DNA of 64,000 bases from Candidatus Undinarchaeales archaeon (GTDB lineage: Archaea; SpSt-1190; JASMDC01). The stretch lies in assembly GCA_030753015.1 (NCBI GenBank), contig JASMDC010000003.1, forward strand, positions 90,780 through 154,779, read 5' to 3'. Shown here one piece after another: positions 8,876-19,200 of this stretch (positions within the stretch are counted from its first letter, which is position 1; every line of letters starts with the position of its first letter). The translations under genes were made by a program, and so were the position numbers. The notes under the pieces were generated by a model that worked only from the letters and a program-made list of their open reading frames with translations, searched no databases and had not been told where the DNA came from.

Positions 8876-10198
8876 ATGGTACCTGCACGCCAGAGCGATC
8901 TGTTCACTTGGGAGGCCGATGGAGCTCCTTCCGCTCATGACGATCATTCCGGCCCGATGACCGCATCTGGCAGCATCCCACAATCCGCCCCGAACGACGA
9001 GAATGTGCTCTCCGTAACAGAGCTCACCGCCCGCATCAAGGGTCTTCTCGAGCGGGACAGCGCGCTCGCCGACCTGCGCGTGCGTGGCGAGCTCTCAGGC
9101 GTCAAGGAGCACTCCAGTGGCCACTGGTACTTCACCCTCAAGGACGAGGATGCCGTGGTCGGCTGCGTTATGTGGAGGAGCAGCGCTTCGAAGTTGCGCT
9201 TCACACCAGAGGATGGACTGGAAGTGGTGGCCCATGGGCATGTGTCAGTCTACGAGAAGCGCGGTCAGTACCAGCTCTACGTGCGGTCCCTGGAACCCGC
9301 GGGCAAGGGTGGGCTGTACGAGGCGTTCGAGCGGCTCAAGCATCGCCTCGAGATAGAGGGACTGTTCGCACCTGAGCGCAAGCGGCCCCTTCCGAAGTTC
9401 CCCCGATGGATCGGAGTGGTGACGTCGCCGACCGGCGCCGTCGTACGTGATATAATCAATGTGCTGGGCCGACGCTGGCCTCTGGCGAACGTCCTCCTGG
9501 CGCCTGCGAAGGTACAGGGCGAGGGGGCTGCCGAAGAGGTGGCGGCGGCAATAGCCCGGTTGAGCGAGCGCGATGACATGGATGTGCTCATCGTGGGGCG
9601 CGGGGGTGGTTCCCTTGAGGACCTGTGGGCCTTCAACGAGGAGGTCGTGGCACGGGCCATTGCTCAGAGCCCCGTCCCGGTCATATCGGCCGTAGGCCAC
9701 GAGACCGACTTCACCATCGCGGACTTCGTGGCGGACGAGCGGGCTCCCACCCCATCTGCCGCTGCAGAGCTGGCCGTACCGGACCGGGCCGAGCTGGCCC
9801 GGAGCGTGAGCGAATTTGGAGGGCGATGTTCGGCCAGTGTCCGGGGACGGCTCGGTCAGGAGCGGAGCGCGATGGCATTGGCCGTCCAGGCGCTCCATGC
9901 CCGCGACCCTCGCCGACGCATCGAGCAGGAGCGACAGACCATTGACATGCTCACGATGACCCTCACTAACGTCATCATCACCTACATTTCAGAGGGGCGG
10001 CGCGACCTTGAGCGGACCGCAGGAAGGCTCGGGGCGCTCGATCCCCATGCCGTCCTTCAGCGCGGCTACTCGATCACATTGGCCGGGGAGCGGATAGTGC
10101 GGGATGCAACAAGCCTCGCACCCGGCGATACCGTTCGCACCATACTTGCCCGCGGCGCAGTTTCCTCGCGGGTGGAAATAGTGGAAGATGACAGATAA
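8876..10198 (+). CDS. xseA: Exodeoxyribonuclease VII large subunit
   Basis: SVTELT, GELS, SGHWYFTLKD, VTSPTGAV, RGGGSLEDLWAFNEE, SAVGHETDFTIADFVAD, PTPSAAAE. Confidence 0.96.
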   Translation: MVPARQSDLFTWEADGAPSAHDDHSGPMTASGSIPQSAPNDENVLSVTELTARIKGLLERDSALADLRVRGELSGVKEHSSGHWYFTLKDEDAVVGCVMWRSSASKLRFTPEDGLEVVAHGHVSVYEKRGQYQLYVRSLEPAGKGGLYEAFERLKHRLEIEGLFAPERKRPLPKFPRWIGVVTSPTGAVVRDIINVLGRRWPLANVLLAPAKVQGEGAAEEVAAAIARLSERDDMDVLIVGRGGGSLEDLWAFNEEVVARAIAQSPVPVISAVGHETDFTIADFVADERAPTPSAAAELAVPDRAELARSVSEFGGRCSASVRGRLGQERSAMALAVQALHARDPRRRIEQERQTIDMLTMTLTNVIITYISEGRRDLERTAGRLGALDPHAVLQRGYSITLAGERIVRDATSLAPGDTVRTILARGAVSSRVEIVEDDR

Positions 10199-10466
10199 GG
10201 ACGTGATACTTATGACGGATGCAGGAGAGGACACAGGACGGGAGAAGGACTTCGAGGCAGCATTGATCCGTCTCAAGGACGTGACCATGACGCTCGAAGG
10301 AGGAGACCTCACCCTGGAGGAGTCCATGCGTCTCTTCGAGGAGGGGATGCGCTTGGCCGCCCAATGCTCCAAGAGGTTGGACGAGGCGGAGCAGCGAGTG
10401 GAGGCCCTGGTGGCCGGTAAGGAGGGAGAGCGGACGGAACCCTTCGCACCCATGGAAGAGCCCTGA
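10188..10466 (+). CDS. xseB: Exodeoxyribonuclease VII small subunit
   Basis: FEAAL...LEGGDLTLEESMRLFEEG...C...LDEAEQRV, directly after xseA. Confidence 0.95.
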   Translation: MTDKDVILMTDAGEDTGREKDFEAALIRLKDVTMTLEGGDLTLEESMRLFEEGMRLAAQCSKRLDEAEQRVEALVAGKEGERTEPFAPMEEP

Positions 10467-10469
10467 GGG

Positions 10470-10973
10470 CTAGCCCTTGAGCACGTGGAAGACCAGATGG
10501 GCCATCTCGGAGGCTGCCAGGCGTGCGCCGAGTGCGGCGGCCTTGGGGGAGCCGGGCACACAAAAAACAGCCCGTCCGGCAACTACTCCCGCCATAGCTC
10601 GGGAGAGGAACGCTGCCGTTCCGACCTGCTCCACAGAACGGGCACGGAAGAGCTCGCCGAACCCCGGTAAAGTCTTGTCCAAGAGGGGCTCTAAGGTCTC
10701 GATGGTGATATCGCGAGGTCCGACACCCGTCCCTCCGGTGCAGAACACCACGTCCACGTCCTTCTCCTGAACGACCGACCGTACGGCGTCGGGCTCGTCG
10801 GGGACCACCCGTACCTCGACCACCGTTATACCAGCATGCTCCAGCTCATCCCGGGCGGCGGGGCCTGAACGGTCCTCACGTTCACCGCTGTGGCACCGAT
10901 CGCTCACGGTGACGACCCGGACTGTTACGGGGCGGTCGTCAGGTGGTCGGTGATGATGGTCACTCACGAGCAT
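10470..10973 (-). CDS. moaB: Molybdopterin adenylyltransferase MoaB/MogA family
   Basis: TVSD, DRSGP, TGGTGVGPRDIT, LPGFGELFR, LSRA, PGSPKA. Start re-assigned to ATG 10973. Confidence 0.9.
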   Translation of the reverse strand: MLVSDHHHRPPDDRPVTVRVVTVSDRCHSGEREDRSGPAARDELEHAGITVVEVRVVPDEPDAVRSVVQEKDVDVVFCTGGTGVGPRDITIETLEPLLDKTLPGFGELFRARSVEQVGTAAFLSRAMAGVVAGRAVFCVPGSPKAAALGARLAASEMAHLVFHVLKG

Positions 10974-11409
10974 CACCCTTCTTCTTGTCCTCGACCCTGA
11001 TATCGGTGATGCGTGTCGATGGATACTGGCCCCCCTCATCCTTCTCGTAGGCCTTGGTCATGTCCCATACAGCAAGTAGGCCAGCGGTGACGCCGGCGAG
11101 CGCCTCCATCTCTACACCGGTGCGCGCCCGGCTCTTGACGGTAACTGTGCACGAGATAGAGCTCTCGTCAAGGTCCCAGTCGACATCCACCCGCTCGATC
11201 GGGAGGGGATGGCACAGGGGCACGATACGTGGTGTATCCTTGACGGCGAGAACAGCGGCCACTCGGGCAGTGGCCAGGACATCGCCCTTGACGATCCTGC
11301 CCTCCCTGACCCGGGCGAGGGTCCCAGCGCTGAGTAGGATACGACCGGAGGCTCGTGCAGTGCGCGGTACGACCGGTTTCTCGGATACGTCGACCATGGC
11401 GGTTCCCAT
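10960..11409 (-). CDS. moaC: Cyclic pyranopterin monophosphate synthase MoaC
   Basis: MVDVSEK, KGDVL, PLCHP, TGVEMEAL, WDMTKA. Confidence 0.95.
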   Translation of the reverse strand: MGTAMVDVSEKPVVPRTARASGRILLSAGTLARVREGRIVKGDVLATARVAAVLAVKDTPRIVPLCHPLPIERVDVDWDLDESSISCTVTVKSRARTGVEMEALAGVTAGLLAVWDMTKAYEKDEGGQYPSTRITDIRVEDKKKGDARE

Positions 11410-11415
11410 TGTTCA

Positions 11416-12360
11416 TCACCTGAAATACGGTTCACGGGCAACGATGGCCCGCTCGAAGGCTTTCCGGCAGGCATCTATGTCGTCCGTTCGAAGTGGAGTG
11501 AGGATGTCGAAGAGGTTGTCCTTGCGCATGAGGCACGGCTTGAGATGGCCGTTGGCCGTGAGACGCAATCTCGAGCAGTTGGCGCAGAAAGTGCTGTTGT
11601 GCATGCTGCGGACCACTTCCACCGTGAGCCCGCCGGACAATTTGTACTTGGTCCTGGCATGGAGGCTGCGTCTGATGATCATGTCTGCTTCACGCGAGAG
11701 GCGCTCCTCAAGAGGTGCGGCGGAGAACTTAGCACCGCCGTAAGCGTCGCAGGGGAGGTTCGTGTCCACAAGCTCGATGACCTGGAGGATGGCCCCCGAG
11801 TCCCGTGCGTAGTCCATGAGCCGATCGAGCTCGTGAGCGTTCCTGTTGGTGAGCACGAAGTTGAGCTTCACCGGGGAAAGGTGCTCGATTGCCGCGTCAA
11901 GACCTTCCAATACATCGTCGAGGGTTCCCACGCCGGTCATCTCCCGGTACAGGGCTGGGTCCAAGGTGTCCAGTGAGACGTTCACCCGGTCCAGTCCCGC
12001 AGCGGCCAGCCCCGTGGCCTTTGCGGCGAGCAGTACCCCGTTAGTGGTCATGGAGATGTCCCTGATGCCCTCCACGGCGCGGATGGCGGCCACGACGTCG
12101 CTGATGTCCTTTCGCACAAGAGGCTCGCCGCCCGTGAGCTTCACGGCCCGCACCCCGAATCCTGTGCCCACACGCACGATGGTGCCGACCTCTTTGGGCG
12201 TCATCTCGACGCCAGCTCCTGTGTCGCTCCCCTCGCGGTGGCAGTAGTCGCACCGGAGGTTGCATCGCTCGGTCAAGGAAATACGCAGCCCCTTCACCGG
12301 TCGACCGTGGGGATCGAGCATGGGGCTGACCATGACCGTGGTAGTTAAAAATCCTTTCAT
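11416..12360 (-). CDS. moaA: GTP 3',8-cyclase MoaA (archaeal-style C-terminus)
   Basis: LRISLTERCNLRCDYC, LTGGEP, NVSLDTL, FCANCSRLRLT...KPCL. Ends REPYFR without the bacterial GG motif. Confidence 0.95.
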   Translation of the reverse strand: MKGFLTTTVMVSPMLDPHGRPVKGLRISLTERCNLRCDYCHREGSDTGAGVEMTPKEVGTIVRVGTGFGVRAVKLTGGEPLVRKDISDVVAAIRAVEGIRDISMTTNGVLLAAKATGLAAAGLDRVNVSLDTLDPALYREMTGVGTLDDVLEGLDAAIEHLSPVKLNFVLTNRNAHELDRLMDYARDSGAILQVIELVDTNLPCDAYGGAKFSAAPLEERLSREADMIIRRSLHARTKYKLSGGLTVEVVRSMHNSTFCANCSRLRLTANGHLKPCLMRKDNLFDILTPLRTDDIDACRKAFERAIVAREPYFR

Positions 12361-13103
12361 GTGCGACCGCGGGCGGCCCGCTCAAAGGCGACAGCGAGAT
12401 CGGGATCCACCCGACCGCCCCGCTTCAGGGCGGAGGCGACGATGACACCGTCGGCATGCCCGAGCAGGTCCGAGATGGTGTGCGCCGTCGCACCGCTCCC
12501 GATCAGTACCGGTACGTCCACGACCCCTCGCACTAGGTCGAGGTCGTCCGGATCGGGAGGTGCTCCCGTGGCCGGTCCGGAGACGATGAGAGCGTCTGCC
12601 AGGCCCCGGCCCACGGCATCGCGCGCCTCGTCCTCGAGAGAGGGTGCCAGGGAGCGTGCGTGCTTTACGTGAACATCGGCGTATACCTCAACGTCGCTAT
12701 CAAGAAGGCGCTTGAGTCGCTGGACGCGGTCAGCGCACCCGTTCACGGTCCCTTGGTCACACACAGCTGCGTACACGTATACGTTGGCGCGGATGAACTT
12801 AGCGCCGGTAGCGGCGGCGATCGCTACGGCTGCTTCCGCGCCGTTGCGCAGCACGTTCACCCCGAAAGGGATGGCAAGACCATCGGCGGCCCGAGTGATC
12901 ACAGCGGTCATGGCGGCAACGGTGGTCATCGAGGACGTCGGCTCGAAGGGTATATCATTGAAGTTCTCGAACACCACCCCCTCGAATCCTGCATTGACAA
13001 AGGCCTCCACATCTTGCCGCGCATTACGCACCACAGCGTCCATGACTCCTCCCCACCGGGGGCTTCCCGGGAGCGGGTCCAGATGAACTGCGCCGATGAG
13101 CAT
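12357..13103 (-). CDS. BtpA/SgcQ family TIM-barrel protein
   Basis: HLDPLPGSP, ENFNDIPF, GVNVLRN, ADVHVKHA, SGPATG, IGSG. Confidence 0.9.
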   Translation of the reverse strand: MLIGAVHLDPLPGSPRWGGVMDAVVRNARQDVEAFVNAGFEGVVFENFNDIPFEPTSSMTTVAAMTAVITRAADGLAIPFGVNVLRNGAEAAVAIAAATGAKFIRANVYVYAAVCDQGTVNGCADRVQRLKRLLDSDVEVYADVHVKHARSLAPSLEDEARDAVGRGLADALIVSGPATGAPPDPDDLDLVRGVVDVPVLIGSGATAHTISDLLGHADGVIVASALKRGGRVDPDLAVAFERAARGRT

Positions 13104-13159
13104 GATGCGCGCGGAAACAAAACACACATAAATATTACTGGCCGAACCGGAGTAAAAGA

Positions 13160-13233
13160 GGGCCTGTAGTCTAGATGGTTATGATGCTGCCTTGACAAGG
13201 CAGAGGTCCGGAGTTCAAATCTCCGCGGGCCCA
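13160..13233 (+). tRNA. tRNA-Val(GAC), no encoded CCA
   Basis: GGGCCTG acceptor pairs with CGGGCCC-A; anticodon arm CTGCC-TTGACAA-GGCAG; T-loop GTTCAAATC; ATAAATAT box about 25-30 nt upstream. Confidence 0.93.
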
Positions 13234-13237
13234 CTAC

Positions 13238-13262
13238 CGGGAGGGGCCGATCGTCCCTCCCG
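13238..13262. terminator. Stem-loop between convergent tRNA-Val and giant-protein gene
   Basis: CGGGAGGGGC-cgatc-GTCCCTCCCG, 10-bp stem with one G-U. Confidence 0.5.
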
Positions 13263-13277
13263 AATCCTGCTCCCTAG

Positions 13278-16200
13278 TTAAGGGTGGAATCCTCGGTAGT
13301 CGAGGTCCTCTTCCTCCTCGGTCTTCTTTGCCTTGGCATCGGACGTCGAACCCTCGTCACCGGGGTGCAGCCCCTTCCCGGGTGTGCTCGGTCCTGACAC
13401 TGCACCGGGGTGCAGCCCCCTGGCCGCATCGCTCAGCTCCTCCTTGGGCTCCTCTTTCTTGGGGGGAGGTGCGGCTTGTTGAGCCTGTGCCTGCATGGCC
13501 TGTCCCTGCCCCCAGCCGCCGGCCTGCCCGCCCCACTGAGCGTTGTTCGCAGGCGTGGCGCGCCACGCTCCGCTCTGGCCGTAATACCCGCCGCCGCCAT
13601 AGTACTGGTTGGCCATGTAGTTTGCCTGCTGTTGCTGCTGCCACGCACCCTGGGTCGCGACGGGGACTGCCTTACCGGGGAAGAACCGCCGTTTGACGGC
13701 CAGGAAGAGAGCACCGATGATGACGATGACCTCGATGAAGTCCTTGATATTGGCCAGCACGCCGATCTGCTCGAGCACCGACTCCTGCTCGACCGCCACA
13801 ACGACCTTGCGGATGATGGTCTTGTTGGGCAGCCCGCGCGGGACGGCGTTGATGATGATCACGTGGCTCCCGGGGATATGTCCCTGGACATCCACCGAGA
13901 GCGGGAAGGTGGCGTTCACGTCGATGTTCACCTTGAGGCGCTTGGTCCATGCGAGACCGACCAAAGTGGAATCGCTCTCGATGGTGATGTCGAAAGCATC
14001 GCGCAGGGAGCCGGTGTTCTTCACGGTGAAGGATAGGAGCTTGGTCTGCTTTTCCACCATAACGAGGGTTGCCTCGCTCTCGATCTCCGCGTCACAGATG
14101 CAGTCGGCCGAGTTGCGGCAGTTCTCACCGATGCCGGGAGCGCACTTCCGGTTGATGCAGTCATCAGGGGTACAGTCGACACGGCAAGAATCGCACTCCG
14201 TCGCCAGCTCGCACTCACCGTCACCGCACCCGCCACGACAGGAGTTGGTCTCAGGATCGCACTTCTGATTCCCGGGGCACTCACAATCGACGCAGCATGT
14301 TCCTGAGGTCTCGTCAGGGCTGTCACAGTGCTTGTCGCCGCACGCAATCCGATAGCACCCAATCTCGTTGGATTCGGGGCGCTGCGCGTCGCAGGTGAAT
14401 CCGGGCATGCATGAGCAGTCCTTGGGAGCGCTAGCACAGTTCTCGCCCATGGACGTGTCGCACACCCCGTTGTTGAGGCAGTCCTTGATAGAGCAGTCCT
14501 GGGGACATTGGCCGCACTCGTTCTGACACTTGCCGTCACCGCACTCGGCCTTGGCGCACTTCTGGGATTGGTCGCAGGTGTACCCTTTCTCGCACATGCC
14601 TTCGCAGAAGCAATCTCCACCGCCGCTGCTCCGCACCATGCACTCGCTGTCCCCGTCGCACACACCCGTCTCACATGCCGAGCCGCAATCGCTCGCCTCG
14701 TAGATGCACTGGCCGAGGATGCACCGGTCCACGGAGCAGGCGTTCCCATCGTCGCATCCGCAGTCCTCGGGGCAGGTGTTGCAGTCCTCAGTGGCCTCGC
14801 ACACATTGTTGGGGCACTCGGCGGTACAGGCATTGGTGGGGTCAGTGGGGCAGGGGTCCTCTGAGTCGGGCATACCGTCCATATCGCGGTCGGGCAGACA
14901 GCGGTCATCAGCACAGATGTAGGTGAACTCGAAGGCGGTCTTGCATGCCTTGTTCGAATCGGTCATGTTCCCACACCGCACGCACCGGGCAGCGGGATCG
15001 CAGATGAGCCCCATCTCGGCGCAGGACACCTCGGTGCCGGGCGTGCACACCGAGATCTGGCACGAGAACTCGATGTGGACGTTCTGGTGGCACATGTCCG
15101 TGCAGTCCTTGTCACCTTGGCAGGGCTTGCATGCGTTCTTTGGATCGCGCGGGCAGGGGTCCTTGTCATCGGCGAACCCGTCGTTGTCGTAGTCGGGCGC
15201 GCACCCGTGTGCCCATGTGGTGGTGGGATCACAGGTCTCCGTTCCCTTGCACTGGCAGTCCTGGGGGCAGTCGTTGCAGTCCTCTCCCTCGTCGCACTTG
15301 CCGTTGCCACACAACATCTCGCACCGGCCACCCTTGCACCCGAAATCCGTGCCGTAGGTGAGCGTGCAGTTGACATCCGACACACAGTTCACGCATCCCT
15401 CCCGGGTACAGATCCCACCTTCGGCCTTGCAGTCCTGCTCCGGTTTGTCCTGGCAGATATAGTTGTTGCACGACTGGCCGCGATAGATGTTCTGCTCGCA
15501 GGTGTACGGGCAGTTCTCGTCCTTGAAGCACTTGGCGACCTTGCAACCGAGGGTCTGGAAGTCGCAGGCGTAGTTCGCACCGTACTGTGCCTGGCACTGC
15601 TCGGTAGAGATGCACTGGAGGCAGCCTGTGGGCAGCTGACAGATCTGGTTGGAGCCGCCTGTGGAGCAGTCCTGGATGTCGGCACCAAGGATCTCGCACT
15701 TGAAGTTCTGGCAGGTATAGTTGAGGAAGGAGTAACGCTGGCACTGGTCCTCGCAGTGGGTGTCGTCCAGGCACTCCACGCATCCGCGATCCGAGTTGCA
15801 CTGGAAGAGGATCTCCGAGCAGTCCGAGGACACAGCCTCGCACAGCCCGGTGTGGCAGGTATAGTTGAGGAAGGTGCGGCTACCGCCGCCACCACATTGG
15901 TTGGAGCACGGCGGGCTCGTTGCCTGGCAGTCGCCCACCTCATTGCACGTACCGGGAGCGTTGCTGTCACAGCAGATACTGCCGAAGGAGTTACAGGTGA
16001 GCTCACCGGTAGCGAGGTTGCAGCCTACGTTCCCACCACAGTCGAGGCGCCCGCAGTCCTTTCCGGGGAAGAAACCGGGACGCGGCGAGATGCAGGTGCC
16101 CGCGCAACAGAACCCACGGGAGTTCTCCGTGACACAGGGTGCCTCGTCAGGGAAGCACTCGGGCTTGCACAGCCATTCCTTGAGCGGATCGTCCACGCAG

Positions 16201-19200
16201 ATGGGCTTGGAAGCGTCACAGTTGCGCACCTGACCGTTGGGGCAGGTGACCGCCTTGCTGCACTTCTTGGTACCGGGGTCGCACACGCTGTTACCACCGC
16301 ACTCGCAGTCCTTCTCGCACGACTCGCCCTCCTCCTTCGTCTTCTTCTCGACGCACGAGCCCAGCACACAGCACTGGGAAGTGCAATGGATATCCGACGT
16401 GCACCCCGTCATGCACGTTCCCACGGTTGGATCGCATATGTAGGAACCACACGAGTCCTCAGTGGGGATGTCGTACTCGCCGAGCTTTGAGCACTGGGTG
16501 GTCCGGGTTCGCCCTTCGTTGCACACGTGCCGCTCGAAGGTATCGCACAGCCACTCGCTCTCGCGGCACGTCACCTTCCCACCATCGCACTGGTTGAGAC
16601 CGCACCCCCCGCCGGGATTCCATTGGGCGCTGGACATGGCCTCGCACCCGTTGCCGCAGCAGAAACCACTGGTCCCCAGGTGCTCGCAGGCAGCAGCGCC
16701 GAAGGCCGAGCATGAGGCGCAGCGGTCGAGGCCCGTCTGGCCATCGATGTCGATGCAGGGGAACTGTGTCTGGCAGTCGATACTGGAGGCGCACGCCGTT
16801 CGGCACTGGCCCACCGAGGGATCGCACGTATAAGGAGAGCAGTCGCCAAGGCTCGAGAACGCCCCCACGTTGCTGCACTGGCCCCGGAGTGTAAGGTCCG
16901 GCGAGCACACGGGATCACCATAGGTATCGCACACCCACGAGTCATCCTCGCACTTCACAGCACCGTTGCAGTCCTGTTCACCGCAGCGGTTGGCGGGAGT
17001 CCACTCCGCTACGGGCGGTGCGTTGCAGGCATCGCCGCAGCAGAAGCCCGTCTTCCCGCCGAGGTCGCACACGGACGCCTCGTGGCCCGTGCAGGTGTCA
17101 CAGGTCTCGGGGACACCATCTGTAGTGAGGTCGATGCAGGAATATGATGTGAGACAATGGTCGTTGGACACGCATGTGGTCCGACACTTACCTGTCGTGC
17201 CGTCGCACTTGTAGGGCACGCAGTTAGCGGCCTGGCCCGTGTTGAAGATGCCGGTCTGGGTGCAGGTGGAGGACTGGTCCTGGAAGCACTTGTACTGACC
17301 GGCGGTATTGCACTTCCAGTCACCTGCGATGCACTTGACCTCTCCGTCGCACGGATTCTCACCGCACTCCGCCTCGGGGAACCATGAGAGATAGAGCATC
17401 CCCTTGCATGTTCCACCGCAGCAGTAACCCGAGAGGATATCCTCCTGGCACTTCCTCGATCCGTGCTTGTTGCATGTGGAGCACTTATCGAGCCGGCCGT
17501 TCCCATCGGTGTCGATGCACGTCAGTCCCGACTGGCAGTCGGCGTCTGAGATACAGAGCGCCCCTTCACCAGCCAGGTCCGTGCAAAGATGGGTGTTACG
17601 GTCACAGAATCCCGCCTCGCACTCGCAGTCCTTGTTGCACGACTGACCACTGGGGAGCTTGGAGGAGTAGCACTTGTTGTTGCAGCACTCGCCCTCGCCC
17701 GCCACTGTGTAGCAGAGGCTTCCCTGAGCCATGCCCTCACACGAGTTGCAGGTGTCCACCTGCCCGTTGACGTCGCTGTCACGGCAGATCGGAGTACAGT
17801 GGTTGCCAACGCAGCATACGCCCGTCGTACCCTGTGTGTCGATGATCTTGTTACCATTGTCCTCAGCAGCGTCGCAGGTGCCGCACCGCCACCCATTGTT
17901 ACCGGTCTTGTCAACGCAGTAACCGGACTGACACTGATTGCCGTGCGTACAAGGCTGCCCGTCCACGTATTTACATGTACGCGGATTACCAGCGCACTTC
18001 ATGTTGGTTGCGCACTCGCAGTCATTACCGCAGGGCTCGGTTACCCCCTTCCACCCCACGTTGCACAAGTTCGAGCAGCACTGCTTGATGACGCCGTTCT
18101 CATCGAGACAGCCCACGCCGTCCACGACGCAGTTCCCGCAGGTGTAGGCGCCGCTGGACACGCACTGGCCAGAAGAGCACAAGGCTGCTGAAGTACAGGT
18201 CTCGCCTGCTGAGAGCTTGCACAGCCCGTTGTGGCACTCCGTGCCCACGTTGCACTCGCAATCACGCTGACACGGTGAGTTGATGGGTTTGGCGTAGATG
18301 CACTGGTTGTTGCAGCACCAGCCCTGGGCGAGCACATCGGTGGAGCAGGGGGTCTTTGCTAACATCCCCATACAGGTACCGCACGTACCGTCCACGCACA
18401 CCTTGCTGGCGCAATCGCGGCCCGACTCGCACCCCTGGCCGTTGATCTTCTTACAGGTGTCAACGTTCGGTCCACCGTAGGTGTCGACGCACGTGAAACG
18501 GGTCTGGTCGCATACACAGTCCTTGCCGCACGGTGCGTTGAGCCCGCCCTTCTCGGGCGGGGTGATGCAGGTGGACGTGCAGCACTCACCCTGGATACCG
18601 GCCCCTTCATAGCATGTGTTGCCCTCGGTGCACGTCATGGCGCATTGGGTTGTGCCCGCATCGCAGATCTTGGCGCAGCAGGTGTCCCACGCCCAGGAGT
18701 TCCCGCATACCGAACCATCGATACCCGCGGTGATCTTGCACGACATGCCGACAGCAGCCTGGTCGCACTGCCCGTTGGAGAGGCATACGCCGGAGGTGCA
18801 GTCAGTGCTCAGTGTGCACGTTTGGGCCTTCTTGAGCTTGCACTTCTTACCGATGCCCGTTTCGGTGCAGGCGAAGTTCTGGTGGCACTCGCAATAGCTG
18901 TCGCACGGTCCATCGAGCGCCTGCGGTGCCGCGCACTCGCCCCCGCAGCACCAACCGTCCGAGATGGTGATCGTCTTGCAGGCAGTGAAGTCATCGGTGT
19001 TGCACGTTCCGCAGATGCTCTCACCGGGGGCGCCCACGCACAGCCCCGTACCGCACTGATCGCCCGATGTGCAGGGCTGTCCGGCTGCCTTCTTGCATAC
19101 AGCGCCGATGCATTCCATGTTCGATCCGCATTGGCACGTGAAGGTACAACCCTCTCCAAGGCCCTTGGGAGCCGTGCAGATGTTGTTGCAGCACTTACCA

